Of a DNA stretch of 64,000 nt, positions 1 through 12,415 are shown piece by piece; the first letter of the stretch is position 1; every line of letters starts with the position of its first letter. Source of the DNA: Marsupella aquatica. Lineage: Eukaryota > Plantae > Marchantiophyta. The stretch is from the NCBI GenBank assembly GCA_973895155.1, contig OZ316894.1, positions 5,790,944 through 5,854,943 on the forward strand, in the 5' to 3' direction. The notes under the pieces are model-generated. The model worked only from the letters and a program-made list of their open reading frames with translations. It made no database searches and was not told the origin of the DNA. Made by a program: the position numbers and the translations under genes.

Positions 1-1773
1 GAAAAAGAGCACTTGCACCTGAGTCAGTCTAGTGATATCTTAGCCAGGTACACAAAACCCAATAATGTATACAAATTACCTCTTAGTAACCAGTTCGCTG
101 ATAAATTTGTTCCTATTCTTCTTGCTGTGATATGATTCACTTGGAGCTCGTTGGGTTTTGTGATTATTTTTATTTAATAGCAATGGACTAGACGCAGTTC
201 AATGTATAGGGGTTTGCCCACGTTTCACTTGTTCCTTAAAAGCATCTTATGCTAGAAAGTTATTCATTAGTGTGAGAATTATTTGTCGTTAAGGTGGTAT
301 CCACAATTCTCATGTGTAGGAAAGGATTCCAAGGTTGCAAAGCTTGCAATCAAGCAATCAAGATTGCTCTGGCCACCGACATGGTACCTTGAGGACAGAA
401 GTGGTGATGAAATAAGAGACAAGATACTTTTTGGACAGAAGTGTTGATGAATAAGAGACAAGATACTTTTTGGACAGAAGTGTTGATCTGTCAGGGTAGC
501 TTGGGACAGGAGTGTAAGGAACAGCATCCAAGCGTATCTCTCTGTATAGTCTAGTCTATCCAAGTTTGGCTTGTCCATGGGGGTTTCATGAACAATGTAT
601 CAGTCCATCCGGGCTTTAAGTGCAGAATACAAAGAAAACCAAAGTGTATATATTCAGGACACACCATACTGGTCCCTTGAAGGCAGGGCTTGCTCAGACC
701 ACCAATTTCCAGCTGTATCGTCAGGTAATATTGAGCAATCTTCCAACTCTTCGATCACCTACTAATTATGAGTATAGACTGAAGAGCCAATTTTCTTGGA
801 AAATCACCAAGTTCTGCCTTTACTGCTCATGCCAAGAAAATGTTTGCATCGTTCCACAGCTCATGCCAAGATTTTATATGGAAATATAGTTGACATGTCC
901 CACCAGCTCCTGACCATATTAGGCTCCCAATGCTCTATCGATATCTGTTATTCTTTTTGAGATCATGGAGCATGCTGAGTATGTGAACAAAGCAAAACGA
1001 AGTCATGCTGGCGCTCTAACTTGATATTCACTAATTCACAGGTCACTAGTACAACATGACATGCAAGGTTGTTCTAGGTGGTAAGAAAATCTTTAATCCC
1101 TAGGTAAAATACTCCACCTCATAGGGAAATACAAACTTCTTATGGAAAGGGCCAAACAGAGTACAAAAGAACAAACAAATGAGGTCCAAAGACTGCAAAA
1201 ACCAAACTCAAAAGAAAAGGACTCATGACTGACTTCTGAGACTGAGACTGTGCCCTAGTCCACTTACCGGAGCCTGATACAGTACATGCGTTAGCTTGTT
1301 TACTGAGGTAATCTTTCACTTCATCTCAAATCTCGGTTTGGGACCCAAATCTAGGGAACAACGGTACCTTAGCATCGTGCATGCAAGTACGAATTCAATT
1401 TTAAGGGGATTATGTACTAGCCCAAGTCAAGAGACAAGGGCTAGCTCCGTCATGCATACTTTACTTGCATGTGATGTTCACAACGGAGGGGCCAACTCAA
1501 GCCAAGATAATGTATTGTAGTAATGCGCAGTACCCAGCCGTGCTGCGCATGGGGAATCTCTCTAGGCTGAGCTATTGTCACCCAGATGGAAAGTTTGCCA
1601 GTGGCCTACTAACACTTGATACTTTAATTTGTTACTGGTTATGGACAAACAAACCTACCTATTCGGATGCAAGGTCCTGGCAATGGTAATTTATTTTTAA
1701 GCACGTGGATATTGCAATACTAAAAGTCAAGCCAGTAGGTCTTTGAGCATTTGTTCCTCACCGGCATTGTTAT

Positions 1774-1830
1774 GCACTCCCACACACGTTTGCACTCCCA
1801 CACACGTTTGCACTCCCACACACGTTTGCC
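1774..1830. repeat. Tandem repeat, 18-bp unit (gcactcccacacacgttt) x3
   Basis: Unit read directly three times. Confidence 0.9.
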
Positions 1831-2579
1831 CTTCCGTTGCTACATGAGCAATTGAATAAAATGTTTTGACAGTCAGCAGCCTGCTTACTCGTGAGGCTTT
1901 TCTCGCTGATTAAGGATTACAGAAAAAGTAGTCTTTGAAATTTCGTTTCTATCCAGCCAGGATAATTATACACATTGGCATTTGATCCCCTTTAAGAATC
2001 TCATGAAGATCATTTGATTCATGTTCGCCTTCCTTGTTTAGTGGTTTATTGAAGTCCAATTGAAACAGCCCCCGAAAGAGCCTGAGTGTAGTTTTGTTGC
2101 GGGACGGTTCAGTGGCTCTGAAACAGTTCTCTGACGTTGGCCTTTGTGGTGAAATTGAGGAAAGATATTTGTCGAAGTCTATTTGAATCTACTTTCGGAT
2201 ATCGCAGTGTCAATAAGCAAGTTTGTAATCATTCTGGAGAGTTATAGAATCAATGTTTGTGGTGGGCCTACGGCCAACACCTACCACAGTACGTTCCCAG
2301 TCGTTGCTCCAACTTCTTGGGAACTTATCGGAGCAGGATTCTTGGCGGTGTTATATACATAACAGGATTATTGGTATCAGATAAAGTCGATCAATTGAGT
2401 CTTGGAACCAGATATCTTGACGATTATAGAGGTTGACGTGGGCCCACAAACATTCCAGACTCCGCTATGACTTACAGAGTTACAGCATTTATTCTTATTT
2501 TTATTTGCATGCATTTGGACGGGGAAGGGGGCTTTACAAGAACTGGGGGCACAAATCATGTGACTGTTCACCCAGTGCG

Positions 2580-2657
2580 AACGTGAGGTCCGTTGCATAA
2601 TAACGTGAGGTCCGTTACATAATAACGTGAGGTCCGTTGCATAATAACGTGAGGTCC
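2580..2657. repeat. Tandem repeat, 22-bp unit (aacgtgaggtccgttgcataat) x~3.5
   Basis: Read directly; one substitution in copy 2. Confidence 0.9.
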
Positions 2658-3309
2658 AAATGAGTATGTTCGGTAGGGAGATAATAAATGCAAGACGTAC
2701 CGTCCCTGAATAGAAACTTACCAAGGTGTTAGGCCTCCCTTCGTTGAACCGCTCCAGAGGTGGTCTAAGTTTTTTTATTAAAATAATAGACACATCAGCA
2801 AATAGGGGCCCACTGTCTATCAGGTGATTACTTAGGATCATGGGTAATGGTTCACTATCAGGTGATTAGGATGGGTAATGGTTTTGCATAATATATTGTA
2901 CTCCAAGTTATGATTTTGGACTGTTGCATCATTTGAATGGCTAGGATTGCATCTTAGACTTCAAAAGAAAGAAGAAGAAAAAAATTGCCGCCTAGCTCTT
3001 GTAAAGCCGCCCTAAACACAAGTCTTTTGACAAACTGAGAATCACTTTCCCCTTGAACTAACTTTTTTCTCTATTTTTCTTGTTGTATTCATTACTTACC
3101 TCCCGACTTATCTGTGGGGCCCTGTCGATCACCCGGTTTGGGCACCTTTTGGTTTTAGTAGTGTGATATATACCATGGGAGCGAATGCAAGCCAGCTAGA
3201 TGGTCACTTCATTGGCCAATTGGCTTCAATGCAAAACCTTTCACATAAAACAAGCAGAGACCCCATAAGGCCAATTTACAAAAAAGAAAGAAAATACCAA
3301 TATATGTCA

Positions 3310-3640
3310 AAGTGCCACAAGGCCAAACCAGGAGACAGGGATCCCAAAGGCAAAGCAACCCAATAAAAGAAAAGGAAACAGAAGGGGGAAGGGCCCCAAG
3401 AAGACCCAAGAGATCAAACAAGGGAAGCAGTCCCTCACCACAACCAAGGAACAAGGACAAAAACCTAGAACCCCCAAAGGAGCAAAGTAGACTAAAACCC
3501 TATTGTGCAGAGAGTGAACTGAAAGGCCTAGTAAAGCTCCAGAATAAACCGCATAGGAGGGTCATAAAGTGAAATTTGTCTAGAGGCCCTACAACCAATT
3601 GCCTTGGCCCTACAAAAGATAGTGAAAGCCTGAGCCCTTT
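3310..3640. repeat. Degenerate dispersed repeat, copy 1 (copy 2 at ~4915-5225); possibly a decayed retroelement tail
   Basis: Shared blocks in the same order: acccaataaa, ggccccaagaagacc, agaataaaccgcataggag, ggcccta...tgccttggcc. Family assignment is a guess. Confidence 0.55.
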
Positions 3641-4212
3641 GAAGAGCCACAGAAACCCTCTGTCTAAAGAAGGCAGTAAAGACAGATACAGGAGAAATTT
3701 AAGGATAATATAGAAGAGGGGGATCATGGTCGTGTTGGAAGGCTGGGGGTGATGGGGGGCGACAGGGGATCGGTGACTGGGGAGGGGAGGGGAGGGCGAC
3801 GGGTTGAGAGAGGTGTCTAAGACAAGGGCTCAGTAAGTGGATACAGGGGGTTCCCAGGCAAGGGAGACAATAGAAGGGGCTGTGATTGGGTGCGTAAACC
3901 CAAAGAAGGGGGCAGTCTCAGAACAGTCAGAATCTGAAGGCAGCCTAGGCTCGAGGGTCTCACTGTATGGAGGGCTTGGACCTCCTGAAATGTAAGATTA
4001 AAAAAAAAAAAAAACCTGTATATATATAATGGAGTTAAAGCAAAATAGGTCCAGGGAGGGCAACCCCCCAAAAGGAGGACTTGCAAACCCCCAAAAGGAG
4101 CCAATGGGATAAAAGAGACAAGCATGTCAACTTGCTATAGCAAGCCAAACCGACTACAGTAGGGAGCCAAAAATATTAATATTTGTTATTTCTATGAAGC
4201 CTTGAAAAGTTT

Positions 4213-4358
4213 TAACTTGGCCCATGTGGGTGAGTTGGACCCACATTGTTCCTTTAAAAGTACTGACTTGGCCCATGTAGGTGAGTTGGACCCACATTGT
4301 TTCTTTAAAAGTTCTGACTTGGCCCATGCAGGTGAGTTGGGGTTGGACCCACATTGTT
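4213..4358. repeat. Tandem repeat, ~52-bp unit (acttggcccatg...gtgagttggacccacattgtt) x3
   Basis: Read directly. Confidence 0.85.
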
Positions 4359-4914
4359 ACGTACTAGGGTCAATTACTTAGCAGCCACCAATAAGAGAGA
4401 GCGGTTTCTGCTAGGGGAATTCTGCCACATGTAGTTGCTATTCTAGAAGTATCATGGCTATCCACCAACATCGTAAACCAAGCCAAGAGATAACTTACCT
4501 TGAACAAACAAACAGTAAATCGTTAAGAAAATTCATACCTGTATATAGTGCACTGTGAGGTGTGTGCGTTGCAAATGTTGGAAATTTGAAAGTTTACAGT
4601 GTAGATGATGGAAAAATACTGTAAAATTTTGTAGATAATTTGTCAAATTGTGTAGATAATTTGTCTTGCATCATTGAAGATGCCACAAATGGCGGCAAAA
4701 TTCACAACCTCAAGCAAGACATAGTGTCAGCTTAAGTGACTGATTGGATGGACAGCTTGAAGGTAAGCTCCAAGAATGATTGGTAGTAAGAATCGTATCC
4801 CATGCAATAATTATTACTTTTGAAGCAAGTACATTTTCTGGCACCTTGTATTTTCTTGTGCTTGAAATTATGGTTTTGTTTGTTTATTGACAAATGACAT
4901 CTTTGAATATAACA

Positions 4915-5225
4915 TAGCCCAAACAGGAATGCCCCAAACAGGGAGACATGGTCCCAGGGGCAAAAAGACCCAATAAAGAGAGGGGGTGTGGGGGGAAGGA
5001 AGAGGGGAAAAGGCCCCAAGAAGACCAACTGGTCCAACAAACCAAGGAGTCCCCCACAACAACAAGGGAACAAACACTAAAACAGAGAATTTATAAAGAA
5101 TCCAAGAGAACTAACACCCTATTGGGCCAAGAACTGAAAAACCTGATAGACCTCAAGAATAAACCGCATAGGAGTCTATAGGCCCTAAAACCTACTGCCT
5201 TGGCCTACGAAGGAGAGTGTGGATT
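4915..5225. repeat. Degenerate dispersed repeat, copy 2
   Basis: Collinear similarity to 3310-3640. Confidence 0.55.
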
Positions 5226-5403
5226 ATTTCACAAGAAGAAGATAACTTGGACAGGTATGTGCCTGTCTGGGGAGCCAGGGTTGTGCACTGGCATATTGGA
5301 CATGTTATATCTGCCCTTTGGTCCTACTGGTAGGGTCCCTAGGAGCTTAGAAGAAACCAGTAGTCCCACCATGACACCCCACACACACACACAGTCATCC
5401 TCT

Positions 5404-5529
5404 CCACACACTTTGTTCTAGAGCCTGGGACCTCTTTAGTTCTAGGCTAATCCCCTCACCAACTGCCTCCCCACACACCTTGTTCTAGAGCCTGGGACCT
5501 CTTTAGTTCTAGGCTAATCCCCTCACCAC
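5404..5529. repeat. Tandem duplication, ~68-bp unit x2
   Basis: ttgttctagagcctgggacctctttagttctaggctaatcccctcacca occurs twice. Confidence 0.9.
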
Positions 5530-5740
5530 CTGACCACAGCTAGTTGGTTGCTTTCCTTGCCTTTGGAACTAGTACCCTTTTGGTTTCCTGAGTCAAAAGT
5601 TGATTGTCTCTTTCTTAGTCTGTTAGTTGACAAAGTTTAACTATTCTTTTCGCATTGATTTCCACTCGTCCCACCATTCTGGAAGTTACTGCTATGATGG
5701 GCCACAATGTTTGACCTTGGTACTCCAAAGGACAAGGTAT

Positions 5741-5823
5741 GTTTTGATAGTGCCCAAAACAGTAAGCATTTCTGAGCACCTTTCTCTTCTAGAAAGGCTT
5801 ACTGTTTTGGGCACTATCAAAAC
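5741..5823. repeat. 83-bp hairpin with perfect 27-bp arms
   Basis: gttttgatagtgcccaaaacagtaagc (5741-5767) and its exact reverse complement (5797-5823). Confidence 0.9.
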
Positions 5824-8599
5824 CTCAGTTGCAACCATGCATCCAAGTATCTTGACTCACAGTATGATTATTAAAATGATGACATGCATGATGATTTTTT
5901 ATCATTTCATGAACCTTCAAAAAATGTGAATAAGGAATATATTATGGTGACAGTTTTATTGTCCTCTCCACTATTCACATTCAAAGAATGGGTAGTCGGG
6001 GCTAGTCCTTTTAAATTCTCCTCTATCCATGCCGAAAGGTTCTTATTTTCTCTTGTGAATTCGTCATGATCGCCTTCAGTCATCATAACTTTCACCTTTT
6101 TGTTACTTTACTGAATGATTGACTAAAGGGAAAACTGAACATCTACTATTGTGAATTTGCAGTTTACAATCATGACACATTGAACCTGGACAGGATACAA
6201 AATGCTCTATGCATTGAAATCAATGGTTTTTTAATCTAAATTTATATTGTTCTACTCAAATTGTACATTTCATAGACATTTCATAGATCCCATGCAACAG
6301 TATTATTTAAGTCATTGTGACCACATAGTTTGGTTTACGAGCCTGATGAATGATTGATGTTAGGAATGATAATATTTATATAGTTTTTAAATACATTGTC
6401 ATCAAAGATATTCTAATTTATAATAGTCATTATTTTTATTGTTTGTACAAATATGTCATGGTTTTTGGTATGTTCCCACCGTTTTTACTTTGTTACACTT
6501 ATCATCTTTATACTAAATTGTGGTGTATTTATAAATATGAAAAAAACATGGCAGTATTGTTAATTTGAATATCTTTAGTGGCCAATGGAATAATAGTGAA
6601 AACCAGATTGAAGTAACAGTTGCCCAGTCACATTAAATGGATTTTTGCAAGGATGTGAAGACATAGTCTCTTCCTTCAAGGATTGGTGGGGGATGGTTAA
6701 ATCCTAATCAAAGGAAGGACACTCGAGTTTCTAAGCACTTGACACTAGACACTCAAAATGGGATTCTGCAAGCATGTGCAGTAATAGCCTCTTCGTTGAG
6801 GATGGGTGGGGAAAGCTCAAACTTCAAGGACTTAATTAGTCACACAAAATTAATTTCTGAAAGCAGTGAAGAAACACCTCTTCCGTGTAAGGATGAGTGG
6901 GCGATGGTCGACTTTTAGCCAAAGGAAGGTATACTTGTGGCCGAGCATCATCGATTGTAAGTCGGGCCTCCATGTCTTGCTACTAAAGAATGCGTCTCAT
7001 AGTCATCCAGGCTGTGACTAGGAGACATGACTGCTGGGGGGGCATAGTAAGGTTTTAATTAGCGTACAATCTGTTTCTGCAAAGAACCAATGGGGCCCCC
7101 AGATACTATTGGTTCCCCAAGATACTAACAGCCATGGTCTCATGACGTACCTACTAAGGAATCCTCCACCAGGCTTTGCGTTCGTCACTTGGCTGGGGAA
7201 AATGCGTTGAAGGCATATGACTGTGCGGTCCTCACATGTTTGGGCAAACGTGACCAGCTCAGCGGACCTTGCCTTTCACTTCAAAATTTGGAATCCTGCT
7301 GAAGTAATAGTACCCACATGACCTGAGGTCACTCCACTAATTCACTCGACAGGATTTTGTGAGGCCAAACATCCGTTGAAGCATCAATTCCATCATCCAG
7401 ACACATGGCTGGCACCGACAGATCGCAATGACGCAACCGAGTTTTTGCAAATACCGTAGACAAAGGTCCCGCGTATTCCGTCTAGAGTCCGAATGCTGTC
7501 CAAGGGGAAAATAAAGCAAATAATCATTCACCACCAGCCAAGTGACTAAACGATTTTCTATACCTCCACCGCCTCAGAGGTGAGAGAAGGAGCATAACTA
7601 TCAAAAACAGACTGCGCAGAGGCCGGCGGACCAACTGATTGGCCACCAGAAGCAATGAGAAGTCCCTAAGCGTGAAGTCAGTCTCGGCCATAGAGAGTGC
7701 TATTGCAGGTTCCGGAAACGCAGCGGGATAGTCCCTGTTATGGAGATTCTGCAGAAAACTGAGTCAATGCTGTACTTAATGCCTTTTCACTTCTGAAAAG
7801 ATCTCACTTTGTTTTCAAGATTGTATAGTAATTCTATCTAATAAGGACTTTGCGACTTAGACAGACAACCCATACTTCTCACTACTCTCTGAAGGCACCG
7901 AAGTTATTTCTTATTTCTGAAGTAGGAGTGTTCTAGCCTAAATACAACGGCAATGCGGACCGACCTTCCACTACTGTCACAAGGGTACACAGGAGAGTTC
8001 TTCATCCCTAATACCGCAAAATCGCACACGGCCCTACTTGACAGGGGTTTCGAGCTTTGCAGCTTAAAGCAGAAAAGTCTTACGATGAAGCTTGAAAAGT
8101 CTCACCTACCCCAACAGGAAAATCCGAATACTTGAAGATGTGATTCATAACATAGCATCCGGCCATAAATAGACAGTCCCAAGTTTCTCAGGCACCACGA
8201 GCAGAACCACCCGGACTAAAACCACTCTTTCTTGGGCCAAAAATTTCAAGGAACCAAAAGCAATATTGAAAATCCGTTCATCCAAAAGATGAAAGCTATT
8301 CTTTCCATCCCCTGTAACAATCCCAATGAGACCTGAACACGAAATGGCGATTACTCATCACGTGGCTATACGTGCCACGTGTGAAAATAAATGCCCTCAG
8401 TGCCATTAGTGTCCGCTAATCTAAATAGTCTAGTCAGCAATAATGTCCTGCTCGGCAATGAATGTGCTTCGAAGATACGTTGAAAATGCTGCTGTCGTTG
8501 GGAATGACAGCTTCCCACAAGCTCACGTCGAATAGGATCGATGTTCCGCCAGATCAGGTAAACGAGGCTTCCACATGTGAATGTGTGGCTAGCAAAAGC

Positions 8600-11193
8600 T
8601 TACTGCAGCAATGCCTGTGCAAAAGCTAGGACACCTAGAGCGATCAGCATATACACGCTGGAAGTCGCAGCAGATTTTGTACCGTGGCTACCAGGAGAAC
8701 CTCCAGGAGCTAAAGACATAACAGTTGGAACTAGGTCAGAAATAGCCATTGATCAGATCTAAGATTGCACCACTAAAACCAGAAAATGCGCTCATATTCA
8801 GTCTCCTAACAAAATGACCGCAGTCCACAGTAAAGAAAATTGGCCGAATGCTTCAGTAAAACCCCATCGGCAAACGCAAGAAAGTCATTCTTTTGTGACA
8901 TTTCGTGTACCCTAAGTTGTACCATGTATCTGATGAGAAGGGAATTCAGGAAGTCCACAGTAAAAGTAACTTACGGCCGCTACATCACTTCCAAACTATT
9001 CATGCAAATCATTCCAACTTCTGTCTGCCTAAACAGAGGAAGTTTGGGTTTAAGACGTTACCTTCACTGCCAGTGGGAAGTCCTGAGGGAGTACTAACTG
9101 TAAACAGGAAAACACAAGAAGGTCAGGTGAGCCAGAAGCATCTTGGAAGAAACCAACGAGTATCTGTCCGCCGTTTAAGGGAGAGAACGCCGAAACCAGT
9201 TTATTGCCTAACGTACTAAAACTTGAGCGAAAAAGTGTAGTGCAGGGTAGGAAATTGGGCGATTACGAACCTCCAGCGCAATCACTGAGGGAGGCTGAAA
9301 CTTTGCACAACCCTGGGAGTTCCTGTAGACGTGTGGCGTTGACTGTCGATATGAGCGGCGAGTTAGCTAGAGAACACAAACACTGGGGCGCGGCAGAAAC
9401 AACGCTACCCAGACTGGTGCAGCACGAGTCACCCGGAGCGGAGGCCTTCATATTCAAGAAAGTCAAGCAACCTGATAGCGTAACGAGCTCAGAATTGCAG
9501 TCCGCAGCTGGTCCAGGTGCAACTGCAAAATCGTAGAGCTAATTGATTTAGCTCCTCTGAATCACTGAGGTTTGAATCAAACGGGTGAAACTCAAGAACA
9601 AGAATATACAGTATCACCCCAATGAATACGTCCCTCCCATTCCATCGCGCTTTTAATTAATAGATATCAAACATCACAATGGTGTGCGAAGACAATGACA
9701 AAGGGATTCAAACCTGAACTTCCTGGAGTCTCCACTGGGGCACCCACAATAGGAGCTACACATGTCAACAGAAACCCTTAATACATCACATTCGAAAATG
9801 CAGCACTCGACAGAATGCGGTGGACGTTGCTTGTCAAATCAAGACCACAACATGTACCGATGACTGTGTCTTACCTGGAACTGGCGTGAGTGAAGCAAAA
9901 GGAGTGGGTGCTGCACGACGACAAATGAAACAGGGTATTAAGAAAGCTGTTCCTTGAGCCCTCTGTAGAAGCATACCATCCAAGTGTAGCTCAAAGACGC
10001 ACATTCAACAAGCACATTAATGCTGAGCTAGTTGGCAGCTTTTTTTTTTTGGGGGGGGGAGGAAACTGTCGACTATTGTAAACCCAGAGAGTATCCTGGA
10101 CAAGCATCTCATAAGCCCGACTCGAATGTCTTTCTCCGTGGGACAAGAGGAAGTCTTTAACATTGCAGAATCTGAGCAATAAACGTTTACAGACTTCGGT
10201 CAAAGAGGTATGAGATATTTCCATACCAGGAGTTGGGAGTCTGCTCCTAGGCGCCGGAGCAGGAGCCAGCACTGTCAATCAAAAAACTTGACTTAGCGCT
10301 CACACACAGATAGGCGAAACATAATTTTAAGAGTGGTCAAGATGGCTGTGTCCGAGGAAGTTCGCTTAGAACATACCAGTTGCAATAGGTGCTGGGGCCG
10401 CGGAAGGTCCTAGAAATGCTGCAACCAACCACGCGAGAATAGATGTCAGCCTCCGACGAAAACTCTTACGTTCATGCATCAATCCAGAACATTTCTCTAG
10501 CAGAAGCTGTAAAGTACAGTTGTCTCTACAAACCAAGCCGACTAAAATTCAGGAGAGCCTCGTGACCCCGAACTTTCTGCACCGGTCCAGAATTCTTCAA
10601 GGTTACATCCTGTACTCTTGCACCACCTAACATTCCGTTATTACTGAAAACGCATACCTACATTTTCATGAACTTCCAAGACAATGTTTACCTCCCTCAC
10701 CATCATCGGTACAAGGTCATCTCACATTTCTACCATCCACAGAATTGAAAAATGGTTGGAAACTTAACTTCATGCACATCCAATGCCTAAAAGATCCAGA
10801 TACACGGCAGTACGACGTCCAGGCGAGATACATACCAAGGCAGTTGGAAGGACTGACGTTGTTCAAGCTGCACAATCCCGGCAGCTCCAGGGCACGAGTA
10901 TCGTTGACGCCGAGCGCAGCGCTTTGGTTAGCGAAGGCAGGAGAAATGAGCTGGCAGAGGCAGAAGGGGCTCGACTTAGAGACATTTGAGAGCGCGGCAC
11001 AGCATGTCGGAACGACCGTGCTCACAGAGCTGTTGGACAGAAAGTCCAAACATGGAAAGAGCTCGACAAGATCGCTAGTGCAATCTGGACCCGGGGCGGG
11101 AGCCGCCTGCCCTGCACTCAAGTGAGCATTAATCGCAATGCAGGCCGTGGCCACGAGTAAGACCAACCCCATTCTCGTCGCAATTCTCGCCAT
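8600..11193 (-). CDS. GPI-anchored lipid-transfer (LTPG/xylogen-like) protein with two 8-Cys domains, 306 aa, 8 exons: 11193-10836, 10418-10377, 10271-10227, 9910-9875, 9755-9714, 9522-9271, 9097-9062, 8709-8600
   Basis: Signal peptide MARIATRMGLVLLVATACIAINA. Domain 1 is C-x9-C..CC..CLC..C..C and domain 2 is DCNSELVTLSGC..CC..CLC..LC..DC. All introns are GT-AG, phase 1, giving 921 nt in frame. The C-terminus has small residues then a hydrophobic tail (SAATSSVYMLIALGVLAFAQALLQ*). Confidence 0.88.
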
Positions 11194-11275
11194 CGTTCGC
11201 TCACTCCAATGTATGTTCAAATGCAAAATCCCACTAACCAAGTACTCCAGAATGTGTCCTCCGCACGCGATGGGT

Positions 11276-11545
11276 CCCTTTTCGACTTCTCTTCAGCTCA
11301 GTCTCAGCTCAAGAAGACGATCCTTGCTCTTTCGGCTTCTGTACAGGTCAGTCTCAGCTGACGAACACGAGCAACCCGAGCTCAAGACGCAGCTCGTGAG
11401 CTCAGATTTATCAGCAATGCCACGGCGCACCGATCCCCTTTCGGCTCCTATTCAGCTCAGTCTCAGCTCCTATTCAGCTCAAGAACACAATCGCCTGCTC
11501 CTCTTCGGACTTCTGTAGAGCAGTCTCCACCCTGAGATTTATCAG
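11276..11545. repeat. Imperfect ~160-bp tandem duplication just upstream of the LTPG gene
   Basis: ttcagctcagtctcagctc...cttctgta...cagtctc...agatttatcag occurs twice. Confidence 0.65.
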
Positions 11546-11557
11546 TGCTTACAAAAT

Positions 11558-11890
11558 CTAGTGCTCCGGCGCAGTCAAGTCACTGGCCAGAATCCCAAAA
11601 TTCCAGCTCCCCCGATTTCGCCGGGTATTCAAACGATGGGTGTTGATGGCTGCTGCTGCTGCTGCTGCTGTGCTGCTCTTGGTCAGTGTGGGGTGGTGGC
11701 CTGGTGGGTAGGCTTTGATGGCAGTTGCGACTTCCGACTCCCACTCAAGAGTAACGACTACTTTTTTTGGCTTCTGTGGGACAAAAGCTGTCAACGCGGC
11801 GTGGATTTCAGAGAACTGCGTACAGACTACAGAGACTAGTATGACCGAGAGCAGGAATGGTACTGTGATTCTCCAGCTCAAACCGTACAT
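11558..11890 (-). CDS. Candidate small secreted protein (~110 aa), unverified
   Basis: Single ORF with a signal-peptide-like start (MYGLSWRITVPFLLSVILVSVVCTQFSEIHA); no recognised domain. Confidence 0.3.
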   Translation of the reverse strand: MYGLSWRITVPFLLSVILVSVVCTQFSEIHAALTAFVPQKPKKVVVTLEWESEVATAIKAYPPGHHPTLTKSSTAAAAAAAINTHRLNTRRNRGSWNFGILASDLTAPEH

Positions 11891-12041
11891 GGAAAACATA
11901 ATTTTACGTGGAAAAGCTCGAGTGGGCGGACCGTGAGAGGGCGAGCTCCGTAGAGAGTCGAACCACTACTTGTCTCGCCCGTGGTAGAGTACATGTTTGC
12001 AATAAATGCAACTCTTGGCTGTGTTGTCGAAAGTCTCTTTC

Positions 12042-12415
12042 ATCCATTTCGCTCTCTTCATCATGTGGCTTTTACAAGACGTTGGGGCACTTGTGAATCT
12101 TGTGATCCATTTCGCTCTCTTCATCATGTGGCTTTTACAAGACGTTGGGGCACTTGTGAAGTTGTGATCCAGTTTGCTCTCATCATGGATTTTAAAAGAC
12201 GTTGGGGCACTTGTGATCCATTTTGCTCTCATCATGGATTTTAAAAGACGTTGGGGCACTTGTGATCCATTTTGCTCTCATCATCATGTGGCTTTAACAA
12301 GCCGTTGGGGGCACTTGTCATACCATTTTGCTCTCATCATAGCTTTTCAAGATGTTGGGGCACTTGTGACTTTTTCTCATCAGGTGGCTTTGCACAGGTG
12401 GGGTACTTGTGACTA
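12042..12415. repeat. Minisatellite, ~45-62-bp units, ~7 copies, core gttggggcacttgtga...ctctcatcat
   Basis: Read directly; copies become more diverged towards the right. Confidence 0.9.

Noticed and set aside
8966-8985. Extra micro-exon of the LTPG gene (ag-CGGCC-gt)
   Set aside because: 5 nt would break the frame.
10745-11125. Plus-strand ORFs over the LTP exons (also 9204-9536)
   Set aside because: Antisense shadows of the LTPG gene.
12042-12415. CRISPR-like array
   Set aside because: Inter-core segments are homologous to each other rather than unique spacers; eukaryotic context, no cas genes.
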